From Pseudomonadota bacterium (GTDB lineage Bacteria > Pseudomonadota > Alphaproteobacteria > GCA-2731375), in contig JAQBYC010000005.1 of NCBI GenBank assembly GCA_027623205.1, forward strand, positions 310 through 64,309: DNA of 64,000 nucleotides, in the 5' to 3' direction. The stretch's first letter is position 1. Each line of letters starts with the position of its first letter. This document shows positions 9,594 through 20,064 of this stretch, one piece after another. Both the position numbers and the translations under genes were made by a program. Below the pieces are notes generated by a model. That model searched no databases. It was given only the letters and a program-made list of their open reading frames with translations, and was not told the origin of the DNA.

Positions 9594-11222
9594 TTAAGCT
9601 TCCGCGCGTAGCTCGACCCGGCGGATCTTGCCCGAGATGGTCTTGGGCAGGGCCGCGCGGTATTCGATCTCGCGGGGATATTTGTAGGGCGCCGTCAGGT
9701 TCTTGACGAAATCCTGGATCTCCACCGTTAGCGCGTCCGAGCCCTCGTAGCCCGCCGCCAGAATGACGTAGGCCTTGACGATCTCGCCGCGCAGGGCGTC
9801 GGGTTTGCCGACCACGGCGGATTCCGCCACCGCGGGATGTTCAACCAGGGCGCTTTCCACTTCGAACGGAGAGATGCGGTAACCGGCCGAGGAAATGATG
9901 TCGTCGGACCGGCCCACGAACCAGATATAGCCGTCCGCATCCCGGGTCGCCGTATCGCCAGTGTAGTACCAGCCATTGCGGAAGGACTTCGCCGTCGCCG
10001 CATCGTCACGGAAATAGCCATGAAATAATCCGGGCGGATAGGGATCGGTGATTTTCACCGCGATGTGACCCACGGTATCATCGTCAACGACATTGCCGTC
10101 GTCATCGATAATGCCGATATCGATACCCGGCACCGGCTTGCCCATGGAACCGGGGCGGATCTCCATACCCGGATAATTGGCCACGATATTGACCGTCTCG
10201 GTCTGGCCATAGCCATCGTGAATATCGCAGCCCGTGGCCGCCTTCCAGGAGCGCATGGCCTCGGGGTTCAGGGGCTCACCCGCGCCGATGCAATGGCGGA
10301 TGGAGCTGAGGTCATAGGGGGATACATCCATCTGTGCGAACAAACGGTAGACCGTCGGCGGGGCGCAAAATGTCGTGACCTTGTATTTTTCGATCAGTTT
10401 CAAGTGCATCTCGGCGTCGAAGCCAGCGGCGTCGTATAGCATGATCGCCGCTCCGGCGATGATCGGGGGAAAGATAATACCCCAGGCCGCCTTGGCCCAA
10501 CCCGTGTCGGTCAGGGTCCAATGAATATCGTCCCGGCGCAGGCCCTGCCAGTAATTGCAGGTGATGGTATGGGCCAGGCCATAGCTGTGATCCCGGGCCA
10601 CCATTTTTGGCATCGAGGTGGTGCCGGATGTAAAATAAATCAACATCAGATCGTCGCGGCTGGTCGGCGGCGCCAGGCTGCGGTCAAAGGTATCGGGCGC
10701 GCCGGCGCAGGCGCTTTCCTTGCAGGTCCAGCCGTCGCGTTCCTCGCCGATAATGATCAGATGTTCCAGGGTCGGGCATTTGTCCCGCACCGCCTCGACC
10801 TTTTCGGCATGCTCTGCGGTGACGATGACGATTTTCGCCCCCGACCGGTTGACCCGGTATTCAATATCGTGGGCGGTCAGCAGATTGGTGCCCGGCATGG
10901 CCACGACGCCCATTTTCATGCAGCCGAACAGCACGTGATAGAAGGCCGGAATTCGGGTGATCATGACAAAGGCAAAATCGCCCTTGGCGGTGCCCAGGTC
11001 GTTTAGGACATGGGCGAACCGGTTGGAGGCCCGTTCCAGATCGCCATAGCTGTGTTCTGCCGCGCTGGCGCCATCCTTGGCCACCGCGATCAGGGCGGTC
11101 TTGTCCGCCCCGGCTGCCTGTTTTGCCAGCACATCGAAGGCAAAATTGAAATCTTCCGGTATCTCCAGCTTGAAGCTGGCCCGCGCCGCTTCGTAGTCGA
11201 ATGTCCCTACACCATTGCCCAT
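9594..11222 (-). CDS. Medium-chain acyl-CoA synthetase / AMP-binding protein
   Basis: YFTSGTTSMPK, DTGWAKAAW, DGYGQTET, YYTGD, LPKTISGKIRR. Confidence 0.93.
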   Translation of the reverse strand: MGNGVGTFDYEAARASFKLEIPEDFNFAFDVLAKQAAGADKTALIAVAKDGASAAEHSYGDLERASNRFAHVLNDLGTAKGDFAFVMITRIPAFYHVLFGCMKMGVVAMPGTNLLTAHDIEYRVNRSGAKIVIVTAEHAEKVEAVRDKCPTLEHLIIIGEERDGWTCKESACAGAPDTFDRSLAPPTSRDDLMLIYFTSGTTSMPKMVARDHSYGLAHTITCNYWQGLRRDDIHWTLTDTGWAKAAWGIIFPPIIAGAAIMLYDAAGFDAEMHLKLIEKYKVTTFCAPPTVYRLFAQMDVSPYDLSSIRHCIGAGEPLNPEAMRSWKAATGCDIHDGYGQTETVNIVANYPGMEIRPGSMGKPVPGIDIGIIDDDGNVVDDDTVGHIAVKITDPYPPGLFHGYFRDDAATAKSFRNGWYYTGDTATRDADGYIWFVGRSDDIISSAGYRISPFEVESALVEHPAVAESAVVGKPDALRGEIVKAYVILAAGYEGSDALTVEIQDFVKNLTAPYKYPREIEYRAALPKTISGKIRRVELRAEA

Positions 11223-11386
11223 GATCCAACACCTCCCGCCGGTAATCTGCCCTGTTGATTATAGATTATACCAAGTTGCGCCGACGGAAACCCATCTTTC
11301 CCCTTGTCGAATGGCCTTGGGCGGTGAAAACTGGCGCCGAAAAACAGTCACTGGCAATTCGTTTGATAAATACAAAGGGGAGAGGC

Positions 11387-12412
11387 ATGAGCCCGACTAG
11401 TTCTGGAAGACCAAACCGGCCCGGCGGGCGCTATCAACCAAGGCCGCTGCTGACACCGGGTGGACAAATGCCAAGCCGGACCGGACCGCGGGCCGGCAGC
11501 GGCGGCAAAAAGGAAATCCTTTGCGCCTTTGGCGTCGATGTGGATGCGGTGGCCGGCTGGCTGGGCTCGTACGGCGGCGAGGACAGCCCTTGTGATATCT
11601 CGCGAGGGCTATTCTCTGGCGAGGTCGGGGTGCCGCGTCTGGTAAAATTGTTCGACCGCTATGACCTGCCCACGACCTGGTTCATCCCCGGCCATTCCAT
11701 CGAGACCTTTCCCGAGCAATGCAAACTGGTGGTCGATGCCGGACACGAGATCGGCATGCACGGCTATTCCCACGAAAACCCCATCGCCATGACGCCGGAA
11801 CAGGAAATCGCCATCATGGACAAATGCATCGATCTGATCGAGCGTTTGGCGAAGCGCCGGCCTACGGGCTATGTGGCGCCGTGGTGGGAGTTCAGCCCCG
11901 TGACCAACGAACTGCTGTTGCAGCGCGGCATCAAGTACGACCACAGCCTGATGAACGACGATTTCCATCCGTTTTATGTGCGCGTGGGCGATAGCTGGAC
12001 CCCGATCGACTATTCCAAACATCCGGACGCATGGATGACCCCCCTGGTGCGTGGCCAGGAAACCGATTTGATCGATATTCCCGGCAGTTGGTACTTGGAC
12101 GATCTGCCGCCGATGATGTTCATAAAATCCGCCCCGAACAGCTTTGGTTTCGTCAATCCACGGGATATCGAAGAGCTGTGGCGCGATCAGTTCGACTGGG
12201 TCTACCGCGAAAACGATTACGCCGTGTTCACCATGACCATCCATCCGGATGTTTCAGGCCGGCCACAGGTGTTGCTGATGCTGGAGCGGATTATCGAATA
12301 TATCACCTCACACGCCGGTGTGCGGTTCTGCACCTTTGATGAAATCGCCGACGATTTCCGCCAACGTTGCCCGCGCGAAGGCGCCGCCGCCGCCGTCACG
12401 GCGCCGGCTTAG
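11387..12412 (+). CDS. Polysaccharide deacetylase family protein (HP0310/PuuE-like CE4 metallohydrolase)
   Basis: [50 protein letters not shown]; GGGAGAGG RBS. Confidence 0.88.
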   Translation: MSPTSSGRPNRPGGRYQPRPLLTPGGQMPSRTGPRAGSGGKKEILCAFGVDVDAVAGWLGSYGGEDSPCDISRGLFSGEVGVPRLVKLFDRYDLPTTWFIPGHSIETFPEQCKLVVDAGHEIGMHGYSHENPIAMTPEQEIAIMDKCIDLIERLAKRRPTGYVAPWWEFSPVTNELLLQRGIKYDHSLMNDDFHPFYVRVGDSWTPIDYSKHPDAWMTPLVRGQETDLIDIPGSWYLDDLPPMMFIKSAPNSFGFVNPRDIEELWRDQFDWVYRENDYAVFTMTIHPDVSGRPQVLLMLERIIEYITSHAGVRFCTFDEIADDFRQRCPREGAAAAVTAPA

Positions 12413-12421
12413 TCCCGTACC

Positions 12422-12745
12422 ATGTGTGCTTTGTGCGGTGTGCTGGGCGGGCGGGGCCATTGGACCGAAAGCGCGGCCGCGCCGGAGGCCTTTGCCTCCC
12501 GGGCGGAGGCCCATACACGGGCACGGGAGCGGCAGACCCGCACCCGGCTGGTGAACCGGGTCTTGAGCCATTATGGCTTGCGCCTGGGCGACTGGTCCGG
12601 TGGCAGCCATGTGTTGCGCGGCCCCACCGGGCGCACGGCGCTGGTCAATAACCTGTCCCAGATGTGGGCCGCCGCCGACGATCTGTGCCGCCAGGAATGC
12701 GATCCCCTGGACGAGCACTTGCTGCAGCATCTTAGGGGAAGCTGA
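12422..12745 (+). CDS. Small conserved hypothetical protein with N-terminal MCxxCG
   Basis: MCALCGVLGG..HW; 9 nt after the deacetylase and 3 nt before the CobW gene, so operonic. Confidence 0.7.
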   Translation: MCALCGVLGGRGHWTESAAAPEAFASRAEAHTRARERQTRTRLVNRVLSHYGLRLGDWSGGSHVLRGPTGRTALVNNLSQMWAAADDLCRQECDPLDEHLLQHLRGS

Positions 12746-12748
12746 GAG

Positions 12749-13810
12749 GTGGGCGCATTCTCCGAACAGACGCCGATCAACGTCATTACCGGCTTTTTGG
12801 GCAGCGGCAAGACGACCCTGTTGAAGGGTCTGCTGGCGGCCCCCGATCTGTCGGATACGGCGGTCCTGATCAACGAGTTCGGGGCCGTGGGTCTGGATCA
12901 CGAGTTGGTGCAGACTGTCGCGGAAAGTACCCTGCTGCTGGACAACGGCTGCCTCTGTTGCGCCATTCGCGGTGACCTGCAAGGCGCCTTGCGTGGCCTG
13001 CTCTCGCAACGGCAAGGGGGCCAGGTGCCCAATTTCCGGCGTGTGGTGATCGAAACCTCGGGTCTGGCAGACCCCGCGCCCATCGCCTACACCTTGTTGG
13101 CGGAACCGGTGCTGCAGCATCATTTCCGCCTGGGGGGCATCATTACAACGGTGGATGCGGTCAACGGCGGGGGGCAATTGCAACGCTTCCCCGAATCGGT
13201 AAAACAGGCGGCCGTGGCCGACCGCCTGATTGTGACCAAGACCGACCTGGCCGAACCGGAGCAGCTTGCGGCCCTGTACACCAGTCTGCGCCGCCTGAAC
13301 AAATCCGCCCCGATCGTGGAGATAGGCGACGGCGACATCCAGCCCGCCACGTTGTTAACCGATGATATGTATGACGCAGGGGGCCGGGACCGGGAAATCA
13401 GCCAATGGCTGGCGGCATATACGGCCGAGGACGCCCTGAACCACGGGGGCGAGGCTGCCCTGATCCACGAGCACGCCGATCACGTTCATTCCTTTGCCCT
13501 GACCTACGCCAGCCCCCTGGACTGGACCGCCTTTGGCATCTGGATGACCATGCTGCTGCACCACCATGGCGACAACGTTTTGCGTATCAAGGGTTTATTG
13601 AACGTGGCCGGCGTGCCCACCCCGGTCCTGATCAACGGCGTGCAACATATCGTCCACCCGCCCGCCCACCTGCCGGCCTGGCCCGGCGAAGCGCGCCATT
13701 CCCGCATCATCTTCATTGTCAGGGATATGGCGCAGAGCCGGATAGAAGCCTCCCTCGCCGCCTTCAACAACCTGGCCAACCCCGACGCCGCGCCGGGCCA
13801 GGCGGCCTAA
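12749..13810 (+). CDS. CobW/COG0523 G3E GTPase metallochaperone
   Basis: ITGFLGSGKTT, INEFG, GCLCC, IETSGLADP, TKTD, LRIKG, C-terminal CobW_C region. Confidence 0.92.
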   Translation: MGAFSEQTPINVITGFLGSGKTTLLKGLLAAPDLSDTAVLINEFGAVGLDHELVQTVAESTLLLDNGCLCCAIRGDLQGALRGLLSQRQGGQVPNFRRVVIETSGLADPAPIAYTLLAEPVLQHHFRLGGIITTVDAVNGGGQLQRFPESVKQAAVADRLIVTKTDLAEPEQLAALYTSLRRLNKSAPIVEIGDGDIQPATLLTDDMYDAGGRDREISQWLAAYTAEDALNHGGEAALIHEHADHVHSFALTYASPLDWTAFGIWMTMLLHHHGDNVLRIKGLLNVAGVPTPVLINGVQHIVHPPAHLPAWPGEARHSRIIFIVRDMAQSRIEASLAAFNNLANPDAAPGQAA

Positions 13811-13850
13811 GCCGGCCCTATCGCCGCCGACAAATAGCCTGGTTTAGGAA

Positions 13851-14378
13851 TTAATCACCGAGCGCTGAGTTTGAGCGTTGCGGGCGCCCGCGGCCAGTTG
13901 TCCAGCCATCACGGAAGGCGCGCACCAGATGGTGCAGCAGGTAGAACAAAATGGCGAGAATGACCATCAGTATGATCGCCAACAAATGTTCGCCAAATTC
14001 GGATCCGATAATGGTGCCGCGATTGACCAGATGCTCCCCCAGCATGGCCACGGCCTGCAGGGTACCGCCGGCACAAAAGATCACCGCGATCAGGATCGCC
14101 ACCTGCAGGCTGTCAAACACCAGAATTTCGACATTCAGAGCGCTGCCGTCACGGCCAAACTGGCTGCGGAAACTCTGCCAATGGGCGATGACATAACCGA
14201 CAATTCCCACCAGGGAGGCAAACCAGAACACCACGTTGGAGAAATGTATCTGGGGTATATGGGCCACCAGATAACTTTCAAACGGCTTATAAAAATACAG
14301 GAAAATCAGCAATATGATGATGGCGATCAAGCTGATCCAGAATTTCGCCCGCCGCCCCGTCGTTGTCTCTTCAGCCAT
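13851..14378 (-). CDS. Unknown multi-TM membrane protein (paralogue of 33878..34351)
   Basis: About 4 hydrophobic helices; shares LIFLYFYxPFE, VGIVG..HW and AG..LQAV with 33878..34351. Confidence 0.75.
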   Translation of the reverse strand: MAEETTTGRRAKFWISLIAIIILLIFLYFYKPFESYLVAHIPQIHFSNVVFWFASLVGIVGYVIAHWQSFRSQFGRDGSALNVEILVFDSLQVAILIAVIFCAGGTLQAVAMLGEHLVNRGTIIGSEFGEHLLAIILMVILAILFYLLHHLVRAFRDGWTTGRGRPQRSNSALGD

Positions 14379-14499
14379 TTCGCCCCAACCACCATCGTCT
14401 TAAGATCGCATCCGGTCCGCATCCGCCGGGATGGTACCTGAAACAAGATGTTTGTCAAAACAGCCCGACATTGTTGTCCAAATTGGCGCAGACGACGCG

Positions 14500-15414
14500 C
14501 TAGCGCAATGCGGGCGCCACATCCTCGGCCAGGCGGCGCAGCTGGGCACGGTCAAGTGAAGGCACGCCCAACATCAGATGCGTGATGCCGGCATCAACCT
14601 GCTCCCGCAGGCGCACCCGCACCTCGGCGGCCGGACCAAAAACGGCATGTTGGTCGACATCGAAATCCGGGCCATAATAGCCATGCAGAAACTGGGCCAT
14701 CTCGGCGCGCGCCTTGGCCCGGTCATTGTCGACGGCGACATAAAGCAGGCGCCCAGCGGTCAAGTCATCAGGGTCCTTGCCAGCCGCCCTGGCGCCGGCT
14801 TGCGCAATTCGCCATCCATGCTCGAAATCTTTCGCCGATCCGAACGGCCCCATGATCCAACCGTCGCCAAGCTCGCCTGCACGGCGGATCGCCGCTTCGG
14901 CGATGCCGCCAACGAGAATGGGAAGCTTTGCGGCCGGCCGCACAATGGCGCCGTCCAATGGGAAATACGGCCCCGGGTGGGTGACCGGCTCGCCCGCCAA
15001 AAGCGCCCTTAGCGCTGTCATACCGTCGCGAAAAACAGCCACGCGCCGGTCCATGGGCACGCCCAGCGCCTGGTATTCCTCCGGACGGCCACCAATCGAT
15101 ACGCCCAAGGCCACCCGGCCACCGGAAAGATGATGCAGGGTCGAGACCTGACGGGCTAAAATGGGTGCCTGACGCAAATTCAAAAGCAGCACCGCGGTCC
15201 CCAGCCGCACCCGCTGGGTATTGGCCGCGGCCCAGGACAGGAGCATCAGCGAGTCCGCCAAATGCGCGGCATGAAAGATGCGGTCCTCGACCCAGATCGC
15301 GTCCAGCCCCATGGTCTCGATATCCCGGAAAAAGCCGGCATAGGCCTGCCCATCCGCCAGACCCGAGGCCGAGACGCTCGGAACATGTATACCGACCGAT
15401 ACGGATTTTTCCAT
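14500..15414 (-). CDS. LLM-class flavin-dependent oxidoreductase
   Basis: DAIWVEDRI, RVRLGTAVL, LSGGRVALGV, PILVGG..AIRRA..GDGW. Confidence 0.88.
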   Translation of the reverse strand: MEKSVSVGIHVPSVSASGLADGQAYAGFFRDIETMGLDAIWVEDRIFHAAHLADSLMLLSWAAANTQRVRLGTAVLLLNLRQAPILARQVSTLHHLSGGRVALGVSIGGRPEEYQALGVPMDRRVAVFRDGMTALRALLAGEPVTHPGPYFPLDGAIVRPAAKLPILVGGIAEAAIRRAGELGDGWIMGPFGSAKDFEHGWRIAQAGARAAGKDPDDLTAGRLLYVAVDNDRAKARAEMAQFLHGYYGPDFDVDQHAVFGPAAEVRVRLREQVDAGITHLMLGVPSLDRAQLRRLAEDVAPALR

Positions 15415-15639
15415 AAAACCGCCCTTCTAACCTGCGCCTTGACCTGCGCCGTGAAATGCGCCGCCAAATAACATCGGATCCGGCGCCAATTCACCCGAAA
15501 TATCACCGGAACGAGTTGACCCGCACCCATGGAACGTTAACATGCAGCGTCGACTTTTTGGGTCAATTTTGGGCCGACGCGGGGCAGTCGTTCCCGCACG
15601 GACCGTATATGAGTGGGGCGGGCAAAATGGGGCGGCGGA

Positions 15640-17724
15640 ATGAGTAGTCGGCTGGGCGTGGATGTCGGCGGCACTTTCACCGATTTGTTGCTGTTCAACG
15701 AGCAGAACAGCGAACTGCGCCTGTTGAAGACACCGTCCACGCCGCAGGACCAATCCATCGGCATCATGAAAGGCATCTCGCAATTGATTGCCGAGGCTGG
15801 GATCAGCCCATCCGAGATCAAGGGCCTGTTGCACGGCACCACTGTCTCCACCAACATCGTGCTGGAGGCAAAGGGTGCCAAGGTCGGCTTGCTGGTGACC
15901 AAGGATTTCGAACAGGTGCTGCATCTGGCCCGTTCGCAGACGCCGGGGCCCCTGGCCGGTTGGATGATCATGGAAAAGCCCGATCCCCTGGCGGATCTGG
16001 AACTGACCCGGGGCATCCCCGAACGGATGAGCGCGCGCGGCGAAGTGTTGACGCCGTTTGACGAGGCGGCGGCACGGCTGGCTGTGCGGGAATTGATCGA
16101 TGCCGGCGTCGAATCCATCACTGTATCTCTGCTCCATTCCTATGCCAATCCGGCGCACGAGCAGCGCCTTCGTACGATTATCGAGGAAACCGGCAGCGAC
16201 ATTCCCATCTCCCTGTCTTCGGAAATTTTGCCGGAATTCCGCGAATACGAACGTACCCTGGTGACCGTGATGAATGCCTACGTAGGGCCGTCCATGAGGC
16301 GCTATCTGGCTAATTTCGAAGAGAAATTGAAGAGCATCCAGTTTTCTCCGCACGTCAATATCGTCCGCTCCGACGGCGGCTTGATGTCGGTGCAACGGGC
16401 CTCGGAATCCCCGGTGCATACCATGTTGTCGGGGCCGGCCGGTGGGGTCTCGGGCGCGGCCTTTCTGGCTTCTCTGGCGGGATACGACAACGCCCTGGGT
16501 TTTGATATGGGCGGCACATCAACGGATGTGTCCTTGATCCAGAATGGCCTGCCGCTGATCTCGCGGCAGACATCCCTGGGCCATTACCCCATCAAGATAC
16601 CCTCGGTGGAGGTCCATTCGGTGGGCGCGGGCGGTGGCTCCATTGCCCATGTACCCATGACCGGCGCCCTGCGGGTGGGCCCGGAAAGCGCGGGCGCGGC
16701 GCCGGGCCCGGCCTGTTATGGCCTGGGCGGCGAACAGCCAACCGTGACCGATGCCAATCTATTGCTGGGGCGGTTGCCGCCACGATTGCTGGACGGCCAG
16801 ATGACCCTGGATGTAAAGGCCGCCGAGGACGCGGTGGGCAAGGTTGCCCGTGCCATCGGCCTTGATCTGTACCAGGCGGCCCAGGGCATTCTGGATATCG
16901 TCAACGAGAACATGTTCGGCGCCCTGCGTTTGGTATCCGTGCAAAAGGGCCTCGACCCACGTGATTTTGCCCTTGTGGCGTTTGGCGGCGCCGGCCCTCT
17001 GCACGGCAACGCCATGGCCATGCTGGGCCATTGCTATCCGGTCATTGTCCCGCCGATACCGGGCGTGCTATCCGCCCTTGGTTTCCTCTACTCCGACGTC
17101 AAGAACGAATTCGCACAAACCTATGTGCGCAATATCGCTGACGTGAATGGGGAACAATTGCGTCAAATTTACGATCGCCTGGGCCGCGAGGCGCGCGGCT
17201 GGCTGCAGGAAGAGGGGATTGACGAGCGACGCCAGGAACTGAGCTTCCAGGCCGATGTGCGTTATTTCCGTCAAGGCTATGAATTCGCCCTGCAGGTTAG
17301 CCCAGATGGCCTGAGCAACGGCGGCCTGGCCGACCTGGAAGCCCGATTTGGCGCGGCCCATGAGCGGCTGTACGGTTTTCGCCTGGAGCAACCCGTGGAA
17401 CTGGTCAACCTACGTGCGGTCGGCGCCGGCCAGGTTGAAAAGGTGCAATTGCCTCGTTTCGAGCTGGAAGGCCCTGATGCATCGGCCGCGGTGGTTGAAC
17501 AGCACCGGGTTTATTTTGACGGCGGCTTTTTGAACGCCAACATATATGATCGTAAATTGTTGCGGGCCGGCTATCGCCTGACCGGCCCGGCGGTCATAAC
17601 CCAGGCGGATTCGACCACGGTCATTCATCCGGGCCACGTGGGTGTTGTGGACCGGTATTTGAATATTCTGATTTCCCCCGAAGGCGGGCAGACAGCGGCG
17701 ATCGGGGGCACGGGAAGAACATGA
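15640..17724 (+). CDS. hyuA: Hydantoinase A / oxoprolinase (ATP-binding subunit)
   Basis: GVDVGGTFTD, HGTTVSTN, EFREYER, LSGPAGG, DMGGTSTD, GAGGGSIA, FGGAGPLH. Confidence 0.92.
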   Translation: MSSRLGVDVGGTFTDLLLFNEQNSELRLLKTPSTPQDQSIGIMKGISQLIAEAGISPSEIKGLLHGTTVSTNIVLEAKGAKVGLLVTKDFEQVLHLARSQTPGPLAGWMIMEKPDPLADLELTRGIPERMSARGEVLTPFDEAAARLAVRELIDAGVESITVSLLHSYANPAHEQRLRTIIEETGSDIPISLSSEILPEFREYERTLVTVMNAYVGPSMRRYLANFEEKLKSIQFSPHVNIVRSDGGLMSVQRASESPVHTMLSGPAGGVSGAAFLASLAGYDNALGFDMGGTSTDVSLIQNGLPLISRQTSLGHYPIKIPSVEVHSVGAGGGSIAHVPMTGALRVGPESAGAAPGPACYGLGGEQPTVTDANLLLGRLPPRLLDGQMTLDVKAAEDAVGKVARAIGLDLYQAAQGILDIVNENMFGALRLVSVQKGLDPRDFALVAFGGAGPLHGNAMAMLGHCYPVIVPPIPGVLSALGFLYSDVKNEFAQTYVRNIADVNGEQLRQIYDRLGREARGWLQEEGIDERRQELSFQADVRYFRQGYEFALQVSPDGLSNGGLADLEARFGAAHERLYGFRLEQPVELVNLRAVGAGQVEKVQLPRFELEGPDASAAVVEQHRVYFDGGFLNANIYDRKLLRAGYRLTGPAVITQADSTTVIHPGHVGVVDRYLNILISPEGGQTAAIGGTGRT

Positions 17725-20012
17725 ACGATCTGAACCCAGAGCGCGGCCGCATTTCCCTCGATGACCTGTTGAAAGCCAACAAGGAACAGTTCGACAAGGT
17801 CTTTGCCACCCAGATGGATCAGAGCGGCCTGCTCGCCGTCAATCACCGTCCCACCACCGCCGCCGACCTGCAATCCGCCAGCCTGGCCAATAGCGAAGCC
17901 CGAGGCGATGTCACGGCGCGGTTGAATGCCCGTTTCGGCAGCGGCTGGTCATCTGAAATCATCGAACACAGCAGCGAACGGGGCAGCGTCACCGTGCTGT
18001 GCAAGCTGGTGGTCGACGGGGTTTCGAAAATGCAATTTGGCAGCGCCCGAATCAACGGCGATCCGGGCAAAGCCTTGCAGCGGGCATCGGACAACGCCCT
18101 GGCGAAATGCGCCGCCATGCTGGCGGACGAGGCGCAGGCCGCGGGCGCCGCGGGCGCCCCTGCCGTCACGGAAGCGACGGCTGTTCAAGGGCGGCAACGC
18201 CCCGCCCTGGCGCAAGGCACCGCCGCGCCCCAGGCGGCGGCGGCCGGCAAGCTGGACATCGTTACCCTGGATTTGATTGAGAACGCCCTGCGCAACGCCC
18301 GCCACGAAATGGATGCGGTGCTGTTCCGGTCCGCCATGTCGCCGGTCATCCGCGAACAGCACGACGAATACCCCATGATCACCGACCCCAAGGGACGGAT
18401 GATTGTCGGCCAATTTGGCTCCTACGTGCCCGAGATGTTGAAGACACAGAATTTTGATCTGGAACCGGGCGACGTCATTCTGCAAAGCGACCCGTTCAAA
18501 TGCGGCGGCGCCATCAGCCATATCAATGACTGGATGGTTCTGGTCCCGGTGTTCTTCGACGGCGCGCTGGTGGGCTTTACTTCCATGTTCGGTCATATGA
18601 TGGATGTGGGCGGCCCGGTGCCCGGCTCCATGCCCACCGCCGCGACCTCGATTTTTGGCGAAGGTTTGCGCATTCCACCGATCAAGCTCTACGAAGCCGG
18701 CGTGCGGAACAAGGCGGCGCTCGACCTGATCATGAACAATACCCGCACGCCGGAAATGAACTACTCCGACCTGATGGCAATTCTCGCAGGTTGCCGGGCC
18801 GGCGAAAAGCGGGTGATCGAACTGTGCGAACGCTTTGGCCCGGAGATCTATGCGCAGGCCTGCGATGCGCTGCTGGAACGCACCGAACGGGCCATGCGGA
18901 AACTGATCGTGCGGAACCTGCCGACCGAGCCACAATCGTTCGAGGATTATGTGGACGATGACGGCTGCGGCAACGGCCCCTTCAAGATGAAACTGACGGT
19001 CTGGCGCGAAGGGGAACATGCCTATTTTGACTGGACTGGCACCGCCCCCCAGGCGCCGGGACCGATCAATTTCTATCTGCATGACGGCATGTTCAAAATG
19101 TTCATTGGGGTCTACATGATCATGGTGTTTGATCCGCAGATCCTGTTCAACGACGGCTTTTATGATCTGATCCACGTCACCCTGCCCAAGGGGTCGCTGG
19201 TGCATCCCAATTTCCCCGCGCCCCTGGGTTGCCGCACCCATGCCCTGTCCCGCCAGTTTGACGTGCTGGGCGGCGCCCTTAGCCATAACGCGCCGGACAT
19301 GGCGACCGCCGCCGGTTACGGCTCCAGCCCGCATTTCCTTTATTCGGGCACGGACAAGGACGGGCGAAGCTTTCAATTGATGGAAATTTTGTACGGGGGC
19401 ATTCCCGGCCGTCCCATCGGCGACGGCATGGACGGCCATTCCTGGTGGCCATTGTTCGAGAATATCCCTACCGAATACCTGGAGACCTATTATCCCATGG
19501 TGATCGACGCCTATGGCTCCATCAAGGATACCGGCGGGGCCGGTTTGCACCGGGGCGGTAATGGCATTGAAAAAATTTACCAGTTGCTGGTTGATGGCGA
19601 TGTCTCGATCCACGATGACCGCCATTTAAGCCAACCCTGGGGCATATTGGGCGGCAAACCCGGCGCTGTATCGGAAAAATGGCTGATCCGGAAAGACGGT
19701 GAAAAATCGCCGTTACCGTCGAAAATCGACAATGTACGGGTTCACCCGGGTGACCGGATCGTCTTTTGCACCGCCGGGGGCGGCGGTTGGGGCGACCCCC
19801 TGGAACGCGACCCGACGTGGGTGCGCAACGACGTGGCGCGCCGGCTGCTCAGCCTGGAAAAGGCCCGCGGCGACTATGGCGTGGTACTGGACGGGGCCGC
19901 ATTGACCGTCAGCCGCCGAGCCAGCCAGGAACTGCGCGATAACATGAGACGAAACCGCAAATCTTTGCCATTGTTTGATTTTGGCGAACGGCGAAGCAAC
20001 AGATCGAACTAG
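17721..20012 (+). CDS. hyuB: Hydantoinase B / oxoprolinase with N-terminal Rad52/Rad22-like domain
   Basis: HydB domain from ~18249 (SPVIREQHD, SHIND, GHMMDVGG, GGAGLHRGG, TAGGGGWGDP); extra ~175-aa N-terminus; overlaps hyuA stop (ATGA). Confidence 0.9.
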   Translation: MNDLNPERGRISLDDLLKANKEQFDKVFATQMDQSGLLAVNHRPTTAADLQSASLANSEARGDVTARLNARFGSGWSSEIIEHSSERGSVTVLCKLVVDGVSKMQFGSARINGDPGKALQRASDNALAKCAAMLADEAQAAGAAGAPAVTEATAVQGRQRPALAQGTAAPQAAAAGKLDIVTLDLIENALRNARHEMDAVLFRSAMSPVIREQHDEYPMITDPKGRMIVGQFGSYVPEMLKTQNFDLEPGDVILQSDPFKCGGAISHINDWMVLVPVFFDGALVGFTSMFGHMMDVGGPVPGSMPTAATSIFGEGLRIPPIKLYEAGVRNKAALDLIMNNTRTPEMNYSDLMAILAGCRAGEKRVIELCERFGPEIYAQACDALLERTERAMRKLIVRNLPTEPQSFEDYVDDDGCGNGPFKMKLTVWREGEHAYFDWTGTAPQAPGPINFYLHDGMFKMFIGVYMIMVFDPQILFNDGFYDLIHVTLPKGSLVHPNFPAPLGCRTHALSRQFDVLGGALSHNAPDMATAAGYGSSPHFLYSGTDKDGRSFQLMEILYGGIPGRPIGDGMDGHSWWPLFENIPTEYLETYYPMVIDAYGSIKDTGGAGLHRGGNGIEKIYQLLVDGDVSIHDDRHLSQPWGILGGKPGAVSEKWLIRKDGEKSPLPSKIDNVRVHPGDRIVFCTAGGGGWGDPLERDPTWVRNDVARRLLSLEKARGDYGVVLDGAALTVSRRASQELRDNMRRNRKSLPLFDFGERRSNRSN

Positions 20013-20064
20013 CCGGAAACCGATTAACTGAAGATACGAATAAGAAAACAAGGGTGCCTGCACG

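Noticed and set aside
17898-18123. Rad52-like segment as evidence of a prophage or recombination module
   Set aside because: No phage, integrase or replication genes nearby; the segment is fused in frame inside a metabolic operon.
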